This document shows positions 39,150 to 53,999 of a stretch of 59,095 nt of DNA, in pieces. Where the stretch lies: positions 7,352,069 through 7,411,163 of the forward strand of contig JBOZIK010000001.1 of assembly GCA_051453625.1 (NCBI GenBank), given 5' to 3'. The DNA comes from Welwitschia mirabilis. Lineage: Eukaryota. The notes beneath the pieces are model-generated. The model did not search any database and was not told the DNA's origin. It saw only the letters and a program-made list of their open reading frames with translations. A program made the position numbers and the translations under genes. The number at the start of each line of letters is the position of its first letter. Positions within the stretch are counted from its first letter, which is position 1.

Positions 39150-40850
39150 CATTAACCTAATGCCATGATTAAATTTGTGTTAGTTTTGGGACAATATAAT
39201 GATGTTTTTCTATAGCTTTATAAGGGTATGATTGAGATTGATAAAACAATTATGATACTTAACATACAAATAAAAAGTAATTTCAGTCCTATTAGGTAAA
39301 AAAATAATAAGATTTAATTTAATTTTGACCTTGCTATTAAAGATAATTGGATTGTTAATTTTAGACTTTATATAATCAGTTGACTATCTATATCAGGTAT
39401 CTAATATGGATATAGACTTCAATAAAATAGGTAAAATATGAGCTTGCACTAATCTTAGAGAGCTAGTAAGGTAATCCTCGAAAAATAGTTTCCATTACCT
39501 AACATTAATGCATTGGTTAATGATATTATTACTTTTCATCTTTTATTATAACCAGCTTTTTGTTTATATTGATAACTAATGAAAAACCACTTTTATCATC
39601 TTTAAGGGTTTTTTAGCCTGAAAAATGTAGGTAGTACATCTTAGAGAGCAATGACTTACATCTTTCATAATGTTATGCATAAAATATGTCATAGACAACA
39701 CTAATGACATAGTAAAAAAATTTAATGTAGTAAAAGATAATTTAAACTAGTAAAAATCCCTTTAGATTTATTCTATCTATTTGATATAGCAAGAAACTTT
39801 AAATTCATAGTAAACATTAAAAAATTATATTTAAAACTTTCTTTTGATAATTACTTGACCTTCTAATTTATAAAAAGAGCATCAAATTGACACTATTAAA
39901 ATAAAAGATATTATTGATATGCCTTACCTTAAAATTTCAAAGAACTTAAAGGCTTATAAGAAGGACTTCAATTGATTTGAAGATTCATCTATTTCCTTAT
40001 AGATTGTTTTCTCCCTTTAACTATGAATTTATTTAAAAAAATGTATACTAGGTTTGTTTGAGATGAAAAATATTAGAAATGCTTTTTATTAAATTAAGAA
40101 TTTTTTTACCATCTTGATTATTATTTTTGCTTTAACTTTATACTACATACATTAATGTGGCATTTAGTTATATTATCTTTCAAAGATATAGTTCTCTTAT
40201 TGATCATTTTTGTAAAAATATGATTGGCAATAATAGGAGTAAAAGCTTTAGAATTATGAAAATATTTACTTTTACCAAATTTCAAATTGATAAATATTAT
40301 TTAAATATACAGGCAAGTGCATGATTGACACATCTATAAGATTAACTAACAACTCAAAGAGAATTTAAGCTTTACAAATGAGGTGGATAGGCAATTAAAA
40401 TAAATATCCTCTTATGTAAATGATCAAGACGGCATCACGTGTTATAAGGATATTAGTGATGGGGAAAAAATCAAAGATTAAGGTAAAATAATATTCTTTT
40501 AAGCTATATCAAGGTATAATTATAATGCATACGTTATTATTCCTTATTAATTCTTTTATCAACATGGGAATATGTTCTCTTCCATGAAAACTAGAGTTTC
40601 TAGAGAAAAAGCCTTATGAATGTGGCATAGGATGAAAACCTATTTTAAAAAGTTTATAAGTGAGAGAATTAATTCATATAGAAGAAGCCAATTTCTTACT
40701 ACACATTCGATAACAATAATAATCTTTAATTACATTCCACATCTGGTAATGCTAAGACAAGATGTACTAGCATCTTGTAGTATTAGGATTATGGAAGGCA
40801 TTTATAGAGAACCTAATATAAAAGTAATGCACATCATATACAAATAAGAA
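39150..40850 (+). pseudogene. Tat-clade gypsy RT/RNase H remnant, highly decayed
   Basis: GKI*ACTNLREL, FPLPNINALVN (39489), YNQL...KTTFI, IDTIKIKDIIDMP, KELKGL*EGLQLI*RFI. Confidence 0.75.
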
Positions 40851-41454
40851 ATGAATTTCACAAACTCATAGTTAAGTTTAGATTAAGTATTAAAGCTTCT
40901 CTTAATTAATTAACTTTGTTAAAATGTTAGAAGTTTTCTTTGTGTTGGATGATATACTCAAGTTATTAATTTATTATGTATAAGTTTCTTAATTTTTTTT
41001 GAATTAAATTTAAAAGTTTTTAATTGCTAGAACATTAACAATACATCTCTTACAAAAACATAGGAAATACTATCACTATGTAGTGGATTTTTCACTATGT
41101 AGATAGCACATTAATTATCAATGGAAATATCAATTGCCTTAGTTTGTCTTAATTTTACTACTTTTAAAAGTGTTTTCAATTGATATCTCTACATGATTAA
41201 GAGGTAGTTGTATATTTTTCTTTAGTATAAGGTTAAGCAATAAGTTTTCAAAAATTAGATTAGCCAAAAGAAAAAGAAGCCTAATATTAGCAACAATGCT
41301 TTTAAGTCTACAATAAATTTTAAATAAACATATGACTCTAAANNNNNNNNNNNNNNNNNNNNNNNNNNNNNNNNNNNNNNNNNNNNNNNNNNNNNNNNNN
41401 NNNNNNNNNNNNNNNNNNNNNNNNNNNNNNNNNNNNNNNNNNAGGGCGAAGTAG

Positions 41455-41497
41455 GTAGGAGGTGGAGGAGGAGGAGGAGGAGGAGGAGGAAGGAGGG
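41455..41497 (+). repeat. (GGA)n microsatellite
   Basis: ggtggaggaggaggaggaggaggaggaggaaggaggg next to a gap. Confidence 0.9.
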
Positions 41498-42352
41498 TGT
41501 ATTTTCTTGAAACATAATGTATCCTAATATTAGCATCAATGCTTTTAAGTCTATAATAAAGTTTAAATATACATATGACTCTAAAATAATATTAATTTTT
41601 TTATGAATAGGACCTAAGTATTTTAAGTATTTGAATACTCCCATAGAATTATTTAAGTTTTAATATAAAGAAGACTACCAATAATTCTTCTATATTTTGT
41701 TTCATGAGTTGTCTTTAAATCTTTAGTAATAGGTGATTTGCATTCTATGCTGAAGGAATTACATGTTCTTTTGCATTTTATATACTCAAAGGTTGACTTT
41801 GACCAATTTAAGATAAAAATTTTGATGTTGACTTAAAGCAAGCTTTATACTATTCACATTCTCTTCATTACTACCAATTATTAACATGTCATTAATATAC
41901 TTTAAAATATATTTATATTTTTCTCCATTGTTTTTATAAACAATGTTGTATTTAAATCTTGATAATGATGTAGTCTAAATCTAGTGTTATTTAGGTAAAT
42001 AATAAGTTTTATGGATCAGGCTTTTAAATCTTATTTTAGTTCATACAATGAGATTATTAATTTATGTATCTCTTTTTCCTTATCTTTAACTTCAAAACAA
42101 TTATGTTGCATCATTTCTTATTCTTTTGCTTTTTTTGTTTTTTTTTAAAATAAAGATAAACCTATAAATCTCCATTTATAAAAATATCTTTTATGTCTAA
42201 TTAGTATAATTTTCATCACTTCTAATCTAATAAAATAACTACAATTCTAATGTTAGCCCAAGATTTCTATTATTTAAGGGTATTAACCATATTGTATGTA
42301 TAATGAAATATCCACTAGTTAAAAATCATAGTACTATCTAATGAAAAACCAA

Positions 42353-45300
42353 TAATATGTGAAAATCCTAGAAAAATAAAAATAAAGAATGTGTTTTTTA
42401 GTTAGGGGTTCATTTGATAAGGTTTTAGGATGATTATGTGGAAAATAAAATTCCCCATGTGTATGTTTCATGTTACAAATGAGTAGCCATTTAATTTGGT
42501 ATGTTTAAAAGGAATCTAGGTGTAAAAAATCTGTTATGTTTAGAAGATATTTATAGTGAAAAATGTAAGATATTAGTATTAGAGAAATCCTTCATGATTA
42601 AGATTCATGTTTAAGCCTTTTAATTAAGAGTGAGTACTAAAATGAAGGGTATGCTTTGGGAGTTCAAAAGGGAGAAGTGAAAGAACTTGGAAATGGTAGC
42701 TTGAAATAGGAACTTTTTTGGAAACTTGAGTAGAAGGTTTTTTGTGTAAGATCTTAGCTCACTTATATTTTTCCTTGAAGGTACAATGCATTAAAGTGAT
42801 AAATCTAGGGTATGGCTTTTGAATACCACTATTGAGGAGATCATATCAAAGCTNNNNNNNNNNNNNNNNNNNNNNNNNNNNNNNNNNNNNNNNNNNNNNN
42901 NNNNNNNNNNNNNNNNNNNNNNNNNNNNNNNNNNNNNNNNNNNNNNNNNNNNNACTTGAAAACGGGAGCTTGAAATAGGATTTTTTTTGGAAACTTAAGG
43001 AGAAGGTTTCTTGTGTAAGATCTTATATTTCTTATATTTTTCCTTGAAGGCTATGAGGCATTAAAGTGATTAAAGTGATAAATCTAGGGTATGGCTTTTG
43101 AAGACCACTATTGAGGAGATCACATCAAAGCTCTACAAGATGTAATTTTAGTTTATAAGCTTGTACTTTTTGTACCATTGATATAAAGTAATTCTTTCAT
43201 AACCTATAATACTTTATTTTCTACATATTTCTTCTTTTTTTCATGTTCCTCATTAAATACACAATCCTAAAATTATTCTTAGAATTTTTATTTCTTTAGC
43301 TCTACATCATCTAGTATCATAACTAGTTTTGAGTTTGTATAGATTTGGTTATTATCTTTAGTTTTAATTTAAAGAATGTTATGAAAGAAGCCAATAGTTT
43401 CTCACTTTTGGAAGCATCTTGCAAGGTAAGAATTAATGATGAAAGATATCTATAAGTTAATTAAGGCATTGGTAATAAGTTTGCATGTAAATTATATGCT
43501 TAACAATCTTAAGCTAGTTTCAAAGGAGAAGCAAGAAGAAAGATAATCCATGATGAAGAAATCACTAAAGAAGGATGTTATTCATGAAGATTGGAGTGTG
43601 AATGAAGATAAAAGTCTCTTTAGAAAAGTTCTAGTAAAGATGAAATTGAAGGACATAGTACGAATGATGCCATTTAAATGAAGATTAGAAGTAAAAAATC
43701 TCAAAAACTAGATTCAAGGCATGGAGTAATAATTTGAGATGGAAGGAACTATTAAAGAAAGAGGATTTAGATTTTTTCTAAATTACTTATGTGTAGCAAG
43801 TTGGTGGAATAATGTTTGACAAGGTTATCAAGATTAATATCTTTCAATTTATTAGAACTACATAAATGAGAGTTTTAGGATAAGTTCATATCANNNNNNN
43901 NNNNNNNNNNAGATAACAAGAAATATTTAAATATTTATTAGGGATAAATGTATATGATAGTGTACACATAGAAGTTTCACACACTTGTTATTTAAGAAAA
44001 ACATTTTTATTTTAGCATAGAAGAAGTAACTAGACATATTACTACTTTAAGAGTTATTATCCAAGAGGAAATTGTTATTGTTACTCTTAAATAAAAGAAG
44101 TATAGTAGTTGGAATTATGAGTAGTAGAAAAGTTGCACTAAAATAACAATTATAATAGAAGAATATTCAAAGGAAAGAAACNNNNNNNNNNTGATAAAAT
44201 AAAAAGAAAACATACATAAAACGTAGAAGGATACTTACAAAGAAAGAGGTAGAGAAGGTAATTTCTTAGGAGTCTATTATAAATGTTGTAAGCCAAAGCG
44301 TAAGTCTAATGAGTGTTAACTAAGCAAGGAGACTATACATACAAATTTTACCTTTGAGAATGGTGAATAAGTGGAGAATCTGAAAATAAAGAATAAAAAA
44401 AAGAATGTTAGTAGTAGAATGGGGAAACCATAATTTTTTGAAGAATTATCATGCAAGATGCAAAAACTAATAATCAACTAGCACATTGAAGCAATCTTTT
44501 TAGAACTAAACATAAGTGTATGAATAAGGTATGGAAGGTTATAAGTGATCATGAAATCACTAGCAACATGATTTCTAGTAAGATACTAAAAATATTAAAC
44601 TTTTAGAGATCATGTTACATTTACCACTATATCAACTCTATTAGTTATAGAAGAAGCACCATTTTATAGTTATAAAATAGTATCTAATTAACTTGAAAAT
44701 TACTATCTTTCACATCAAGTTTATTATGATGTTATTCCTATTAACACTTTTCATCTATTATTAGGTAAACCATAGTAATATGTTATGAAATGTATGAATA
44801 ATAGTGAGACAAATACTTTCATGATAACTCACAAGAATAAAAAGATATTTAACTTATTTCCAAATTTAGAGGAAATTATTAAAACAAAGATAAGTGTCTT
44901 CTTCTTAGCAATAAAGGAGGTAATAGATAAAGTAAAAAACAAAGGATATGCCATGATGGTGGTGTTAAAGATATATTTAGAGTAGTAATTAAAGAAGTAT
45001 CCAATGGAGGAAAAAAATGTATTGGAATATTTTACAAATAATTTTATTAAAGGAGTAGTAGTTAAAGAAGTACCTATTAGAAGCATAAACCATTTGGTAG
45101 ATATATTTTTTAGTGCTTCACTTATAAATAAAGCCCCATATAAAATGGTACTACATGAAAGAGAAGAGAGGAGTAGATATAGGAGTTTCTAGCTAAGGAA
45201 TTGATCAAAGACATTTTTTCACCATGGCATGTTCCAATAGTATTAACTTCAAAGAAGGACAACACATAGTTATGCATCTATGTTAGTTAAAAAGTGATCA

Positions 45301-47424
45301 AAAAGATAATCATAAGGTATTACTTTTCTATGTATTTCATGGATGATATTTTATATTATTTGATAATTGCATCTATTTTTTACAAGGTAAAATTAAAGAG
45401 TTAATACATCAGATTCATATTCAAGAGGGGGATAGATGGAAGATAACTTTCAAAACTCTAGATGAGTTATATGAATGGTTAGTGATGACATTCAAATTAA
45501 TGAATACTCTAATTACATCTATGAGGTTGTACATTTTTAGAGGATTAGTAAGAGAAAACATCTTAAAATAATAACTTTATGGAGATATGACTAAACATCA
45601 TGAATTAAAAATAACCTATGAAATGTTGATGATGTTATAGCATTAGTCAGACATGTATAGGAATGTATAATGGATGATGCTACATCTTAAAGAGCAAATG
45701 GAGGATTAATAAATGTAGGATTGTACATTCCATTACTAGTCCCAGAAAAGCTATGATAGGACTTAAGTATGAAATTCACCTTGGAATTACTTCATTTCAA
45801 GAAATGACATGATTTCATTATGATGGTGGTGAATAGATTCAAGAATATAGTATACTAGATTCCTTATTTAAAAAAAATGATGCTTTATGCACTAGTACAT
45901 TATTTACTTAGAGAAATTTTGAATCTTCATGGATTGCTAAAGACAATAGTTTGAGATAATAATGGTAAATTTATTTTCCATTTTTAAAGGATTCTAACAT
46001 GATGAACATAAGTCATAGTATTTTGAAAGATGACTAAGATGCATTTATGAAAGTAACTAAAATAGGTGAAAACATTACTTATCACATTTAGAATTTTGTT
46101 ATAATAATTTAATGAAAAATAATATAGAAACATGAGGATGCTACATATGTTACATGACATATTAGAACTTACAACAATGGTAGAAAATTATGCAAAGGGA
46201 ATTATAAAGATTTATAAGTATATGCATCAAGTTTTAAAAGAATCAAACTACAAGGATATGAATTCAGGAAATAAGCATAAAAGACACGTAGAGTTTAAAA
46301 AGGGTAATATAGTAATGGAATATTAGTAGAAGAAAAGATTTTACATAGAAATCCATCACAAGATAAATTTTTAAAAGATTTATTCCAGATAATTTTAAAA
46401 AATACTATATTAAATTCTTACTAGTTGGGTATGTTAGAGAATGTAGATAATTCACCTACATTGAATGTTGTTAGCTTAGTAAAGTATTATGGAAAACCTA
46501 CAAAGAATAAATCTTGAATTTTGAGTTATAAAATTTGAGAAGAAGATGGATAAGAAACTGATAATTATTAAAATTCATTAGATTTACATTTAGTACAAAA
46601 TTTATGAGGAGTACTTAATTTAGTAATTAGGATATCATTTAGAATATGAAATTTAAATTTTAGAGGATCACTACTTGAGAATGGTTTATGGAAATCCAAC
46701 AAAAAAGGAATGATTTTTCTATGGCACCTTCCTTTCAAGCAAGAAAGGAATATGCAAGAACATCCTTGATTTTTTTTAAAAAAATGTGATTTTTATTTAT
46801 GAGTATTTTGCTTATTTTTTAGTATTCATATGTTAAAAATAACATTTTTCATGTGTAGTTACCATTTTAGAAACAATTATCCATTTAATTTAGTATATCA
46901 ATAGGGAATTTAGGTGTAAGAAATATGTTACGTTTAGACTATATTTATGATAAAATCTATAAGATGCTAATATTAGAGGATTCTTTGATGATTAAGATTC
47001 ATGTAAAAGTATTATAAATAAGAGTAACTATTAAAATGAAGTCTTTACTTTAGGAGTTAAAGTTGAAAAGGGAAAAGTAAAAGACCTTAGGAGCTTGAGA
47101 GAAGATTTGTTGGAAACTTGAGAAGAAGTTTTCTTGTGTAATATCTTAGCTCACTTGTATTTACTCTTGAAGGCTATCAATCATTAAAGGGATTAAAGTA
47201 GTAAAAGATAGGATGAGAATAATAGAGGAGACTAATAAGAAGAACTTATACAAGCTTTATTAGATGTGATTTCAGTTTGTAAGTTTGTAATTTTTGTATT
47301 ATTAATATAAAGTGATTGTTAAATCATCTTTAATACTTTTTTCCCTAATTTTTCCCCTTTTTTTCCACTAAATAGATGATCCCAAAGGTATTTTTAGGGT
47401 TTTCATTTCATTAGATCTACATCA
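42353..47424 (+). mobile_element. CRM-type chromovirus Ty3/gypsy element with internal deletion
   Basis: LTRs ~42353-43309 and ~46750-47424, both ending CTACATCA; decayed Met PBS (ctagtatcataac, 43311); gag YKCCKPKRKSNEC knuckle (~44277); protease NLFRT...[74 protein letters not shown] starts approximate. Confidence 0.85.
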
Positions 47425-50400
47425 ATTAGCTAATTTCTAAGTATCCTTTTTTAGCGATTGCATTATGCTCTTGTTTTAGGGCTTATATCAACTAATCATG
47501 TTATATGGCATTTTTGAAAGAATTTAGTTCATCATCAACATATTTAATGTAAATAATCATGTTTATTAGATGATCTAGAGTGATGTCTAGTTTTAGTTTT
47601 TATTTTCATTATTATCAACATTTTATAGAGTATATTCTAGTTAAGTATATAATTTTCTTCTTTGAATATTATCAACATTCTTATTATGATAATTTAATGT
47701 GTTACTATTATAGTCATGATCATAGATTTTAGGTACACTATATTTCTCAATTCCTTGAGATTGTGTATTAAAAAAATCACTTTGACTCCAAGGAATTAAA
47801 GAGTTTAAAATAAGAGAAACATGTTTCTTTTCAACTACAATATTGAGCATCCTTGTTTTGTAAGGAATTAAATGAAGAAGAAATCTTTGAAAGATTAAAT
47901 CCTGAATCACTCTCTAATTTTTTAAATAAAATGACATCATGAAAGATAATAATCCTATGCTTTTCAATAATTTAGATGAAACATGCATTTGTTTCTAATT
48001 GAATATCTGATATAGATGTTAATGCAAGAATGTGCATGAAAATTATCACAATGTTTACTTGGAATATGAACATATCATTTCCTACAAACACATGAAGTTA
48101 TGAAAATTTTGTGTTGTATCTACACCATTTTTAGTATAAGATATAGCCCTTTTAGAAGCATGTTCTATGTAACTATTTAATTAAATTGTGGTACTGAAAA
48201 CCTAATCTAATAAATAAGTCTTGAAACCATTAAAATACATCATGAAGTGTGTCATATCCATTATGGTTTAACTCAATTATTTCTTGAGTTCATTTTATTA
48301 AGGTGTTACATGGCATAATTTTAGATGATTGATGAATTTTGAAGTAATATAGATCTTAAATAATGTGAATGTGTGTTTACTACCATGTGCATTCACTACC
48401 ATTGTTAAAGATTAAACTCTTAATTTTGCATTTATTTTTGTCTCTCTACTTTATCTTTAAATACTTTAAAGATATTTATCTTATATGTCTTAGATTTCAT
48501 AAAATATCTGCAAGTAGTAAACAAAAAATCATTAGTTATAGAGAGGAAGTAGTAATATCTTTAAGGTCTAGGAAAAAACATAAGAATACATACATCACTG
48601 TGAGCTAGCAAAGTATTTTGATTAACTTTTCATTTACTCTCATAAAGTAGTATCATGTTTATTTTATTTAAATGCATGCTTTACATTAAAGGAATTCACA
48701 TTGAATGAAAAGAAGTAATCTATGACCAATCACACATATTACATTTAGCTATTGAGAATAGGATGTCCCAAATGAGCATGTTATAAAAGTAATCATGAAA
48801 CATTATCTTGTAAAACATGATAAGAAATTTCATAATACCAATAAATCCTTAAGGATATGTTAGATTTTTCCCCATATATCCTTTCATAATAATATTTTAA
48901 TTAACATTAGAAATGTTAGTTTTATCTCTTCTCATAAAAAGTGCATGATATTCTCTTACAAGCTTAAAAAGTGAGAAAATATAAGATGCCACAAAGTGGG
49001 AACAAAAAAAATATTAATAATTATTTTCAAAGAAATAAATGAAAATTCAAATGGAATTAAATCAATTAAGTATTTATGAAAATCATATATGCACATAGTT
49101 AACAGTATTTATTTCATCTATGTAAATTTAATCATCTTAAAAAGTAACACATCCATGTGTTATGATAGTAATTATTATAGAAGCCATATAATTTAACAAA
49201 GTTGAAAATTACGCTTCATTAGCTCTATGATCAAAAGAAAACAAAATATAATGTAATTAGTTAGAATCCATCTAAATAAAAATATTACTCACATAGACAA
49301 CTTAGCTAATCCATCCATCATGTAAAGAGCAACTAGTCAAATCAACAAGGATGTTAAGGTTTGATTAAAAATAAGTAGTATAGGGAATTTATAAGGATTA
49401 TTTCTCTTATCTACAGTTGAATTAATCTATCCAATGCATAAACATGTGATAATACNNNNNNNNNNNNNNNNNNNNNNNNNNNNNNNNNNNNNNNNNNNNN
49501 NNNNNNNNNNNNNNNNNNNNNNNNNNNNNNNNNNNNNNNNNNNNNNNNNNNNNNNNNNNNNNNNNNNNNNNNNNNNNNNNNNNNNNNNNNNNNNNNNNNN
49601 NNNNNNNNNNNNNNNNNNNNNNNNNNNNNNNNNNNNNNNNNNNNNNNNNNNNNNNNNNNNNNNNNNNNNNNNNNNNNNNNNNNNNNNNNNNNNTCATATA
49701 TGCACATAGTTAACAGTATTTATTTCATCTCTATAAATTTAATCATCTTAAAGAGTAATACATTTATGTGTTATGATAGTAATTATTATAGAAGCAATAT
49801 AATTTAATAGAGTTGAAAATTGCCCTTCATTAGATCTATGAACAAAAGAAAACAAAAAATAATGTGATGAGTTAAAATCCATCTAAAGCAAAATATTACT
49901 CACATAGAAAACTTAGCTAATCCATCCATCATGTAAAGAGAACTAATCAAATCAACAAGGATGTTAAGATTAGATCACAAAGAAATGGTATAGGGAATTT
50001 ATAAGAATTCTTTCTCTTATCTACAATTGAATTAATCTATCTAATGCATAAAAATGTGATAATACATGTAATCATAATGAAAAGGTATAGTTAATTTAAA
50101 TGATATAGTTCTCGCCTTAGTAATTCATGAGATTTATTCACTCCTTAATAGGGTGATAAACAATGACAAACCAAAATCCTTACATCTAAATTAGCTACAT
50201 TTAACATAAAGAGAAAAACAAAGTATTTGCATGTAAAAACTAACATTCAATCAATGATATTTAATCACTTTAGCAAAAGTAAAAACATTAAAATAATCAC
50301 TATATCATGAAATTATGTCCTTGACACTTTTATTCATGTTTTATAAAATTATGTTCTTTTCCATAATAATTTGACATTAATTGTTTTCTTCTAAAAGCAT

Positions 50401-50761
50401 CCACCGTATATGCACTACACTCGTTACAACGTTGTAGGGTTTGATTTGCCCATGATAAACACCTAGCTAGGGAACACTATTAGACCCAGGGTGGGGTTAG
50501 TCATTGTACATTATTCACATTTGTCCTAATTAAACACCACAAGAAATAAGGTAGTCCAATCTACACATATAATGCATTGACAATAGAAACACATATACAT
50601 ATCTAAACTTACAGACAAGAAGCGAGCACCTTTCATGTTGGAGAGGTGGGATTGTGTATGGGTATGTACACAATGAGGATTACTAGCCATAAGGTGGACT
50701 CATAAAAAGTAAGCCTTAAGCCCTGATTATAAAGGATTTTTTAGCTAAAAGATATGGTAGG

Positions 50762-51585
50762 TATTGTGGTGTGTATTTGTACAATAGCTCACGTTTCAAT
50801 TTCAATCCTGTTAATTATCAATAAGATCCAAAATACAACACGCTAGTATAGACGGAGTGATTCGAATGTCATAATTCCGTCGAAGGCCAATGGTATGGAC
50901 AATAAAGAGNNNNNNNNNNNNNNNNNNNNNNNNNNNNNNNNNNNNNNNNNNNNNNNNNNNNNNNNNNNNNNNNNNNNNNNNNNNNNNNNNNNNNNNNNNN
51001 NNNNNNNNNCACATATACATATCTAAACTTACAGACAAGAAGCGAGCACCTTCCAGGGTGAAGGGGTGGGATTGTGTATGGATATGTACACAATGAGGAT
51101 TACTAGCCATAAGGTGGGCTTGTGGAAAGTAAGCCTTGAGCCCTAATTATAAAGGATTATTTAGCTAAAACATATGGTAGGAAATGCTTAGAGTATCAGG
51201 TTAACATGACTTTCTAAGAACCTCTCTTAGGAATGGACTTATTTCAAGGCTAAATACAATGTATTTTCTTGATTCAATATAAGAATAAGTTTTTCGTTCT
51301 TCANNNNNNNNNNNNNNNNNNNNNNNNNNNNNNNNNNNNNNNNNNNNNNNNNNNNNNNNNNNNNNNNNNNNNNNNNNNNNNNNNNNNNNNNNNNNNNNNN
51401 NNNATCTGAAAATACAATTTATTCATAACTATATAAAATCTTCATGAATTATCTGATAAACTGCATGTTTTTGTTTTGTGCTCCTAGATTCTTAATTGTC
51501 ATAGAAACTGAGCATTCATCTATTAGTTTATCTGCAAAACAACTCAAAATACCCTATTAAATACACTTAAGTTGGTGTCGCAACC
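50762..51585 (-). mobile_element. Both termini of an Athila-type LTR insertion (family of 1205 and 10952), interior in gaps
   Basis: 50762-50909 matches 1205-1311; 51404-51585 reverse-complements to the LTR start seen at 10952/15849; TSD GTAGG/ATAGG. Confidence 0.8.
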
Positions 51586-53999
51586 ATAGGGAATGCTTAG
51601 AGTATCAGGTTAACATGACTTTCTAAGAACTTCTCTTAGGAATGGACTTATTTCAAGGCTAGTTTAAGGAGTTTATTTTAACTTGATCTTCCTCTTTCAA
51701 TATAATGTATTTTCTTGATTCAATACAAGAATGAGTTTTTCATTCTTCAATTTCTAATGCACATCAACATGGTACTTTTATTTCTTAGGTGAGACTATTT
51801 CTTGTCTTAATATTAAAGTAGTTAATCATTATTCAATTTTTAGTGCATGTTAACAATGTACTTTTAATCTTTAGGGGAGATTACATAATAAAGTTCTAAC
51901 AATATGGGGGTGAAATTATCTAAATTTAACTTATTGGTTATATTCACTTTCATGTTATAAATCTTAAGTTTATAATTATCCTTACCTTCTATTTTCATGA
52001 AGGGCTATGAAAGACCAAAGTGACTATTGAATTTACTAATACTCATTTGCTATATGAGATTATGTCATCAACCATTATGACTGATAATTTGAGCTTATAT
52101 TTTAGGATTTACAGGATATTATTAGAGGAAAGGTATGCTATTGGACAAGTTAAGCTAGATCTTAGAGCTAGTTTGTGTTCCTACATCACTAATTCAAGTT
52201 TTACAAAGTATTGAAACTTGATTGGTCGTGNNNNNNNNNNNNNNNNNNNNNNNNNNNNNNNNNNNNNNNNNNNNNNNNNNNNNNNNNNNNNNNNNNNNNN
52301 NNNNNNNNNNNNNNNNNNNNNNNNNNNNNNTGTTAACAATGTACTTTTAATCTTTAGGAGAGATTACATAATAAAGTTCTAATGATATGGGATGAAATTC
52401 TCTAAATTTAACTTATTGGTTATATTTATTTTCATGTTATAGATCTTAAGTTTACAATTATCCTTACCTTCTATTTTTATGAAGGGCTATGAAAAACTAA
52501 AGCGATTATTTAATTTAACAATACTCATTTTTTATATGAGATTATATCATCAACCATTATGAATGATAATTTAAGCTTATATTTCAAGAGTTACAAGATA
52601 TTATTGGAGGAAAGGTACGCTATTGGACAAGTTAAGCTAGAACTTAGAGCTTGTTTATGTCCCTACATCACTAATTCAAGTTTTACAAATTATTGAAACT
52701 TGATTTTTTTTGTTTTGATTTCATTGTAGGTTTGGAATTATTGTATTCATTCTATTAAGTCTAACTCAAATATCCATATAGAAGAATGACATTAGGTCCT
52801 CACCTAGTTTATTTTATTGATGTTTAGCTTTATACCATAATGCATAAATTTTGGCTGAACAAACTTTGGCATCATTACTAGCGATATTAACATAGTAGCT
52901 TTTCAAATGAAGCATAAATTTTTTTTCCTATATTTTTTAGTTTAATTTGTAAGTTTTCTAGTGGTTGATACTAGTCATCTCCAATGAAACTAGAATTGAT
53001 CCTTTTTTCTTTTCCACTTTAAGTACTTATTTCATTTTCTTTGCTTTCTAGTAGTTGGTTCTAGATCATTTTTATCTTTACCTAAACTAGTCTAATTTAT
53101 AGTTTTGTTTAATTCTACTCTAACGTAAATAACATTTGTATTATCATATATTTTGTATTGCAAGTCTAATAAACTTTCTATATGTCACAATTAAAATAAG
53201 GTTAAAAAAACTAAATTAGAATTCAATTTTATGTGTGTCTATTTTATTTTCTGAAAATTTAATTTTAGTAGTTTGTTTTTGGTTTCTATTTCATACTTAT
53301 AATTTTTGATAAAATTTCTAAAATAGAAAATTATTTAAGATTTCGTTTTCTTAGGTTTTCTTTTTAAGGCTTCTATCATTTTTGTTTTCTGTTAAATTTT
53401 TTTTGATAAACCCATAACATTAAACATTTTGCATGAATTCTATGGACCTATAACTTTTTCCTTAAATTATAACTTACAAATAAACTAATGCCACCATATT
53501 TCGTTACTAGTGCCATCAACCTTTTTGGATAAAACTTTATAAAAATTTAATTAAACCTTAAGTGAATCATTAGGAAACTGTTTAATATCTAGGCCTTCTC
53601 TAAAATGTTTTTGAAACTTGTGTGTATTGGATTTAGGATGAATTAGATCACTTAATAAAAATCTCTTATAATAAAAATATGAATCNNNNNNNNNNNNNNN
53701 NNNNNNNNNNNNNNNNNNNNNNNNNNNNNNNNNNNNNNNNNNNNNNNNNNNNNNNNNNNNNNNNNNNNNNNNNNNNNNNNNNNNNATATGAATCCTAACA
53801 TAAAAGGTACTAAAGAATAGAGAATTCCATCTAGAGACCAATCTCATAATGATCCCCAAGAAGAACAAGCTTCCACTTTCATATAATTAAATCCAAATGC
53901 CTCATTTAGTTTTCAATGCTCTTCACTAATAATATATGCTAATCAAATCAAGAATTATTAGACAACTGATGTCCTTATTTCCTTAGTTAGGAAATAACT

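Noticed and set aside
37700..40850. Endogenous pararetrovirus (Caulimoviridae)
   Set aside because: RT motifs (FPLPNI..LV, YNQ) are Tat-type gypsy; no movement or capsid protein motifs seen.
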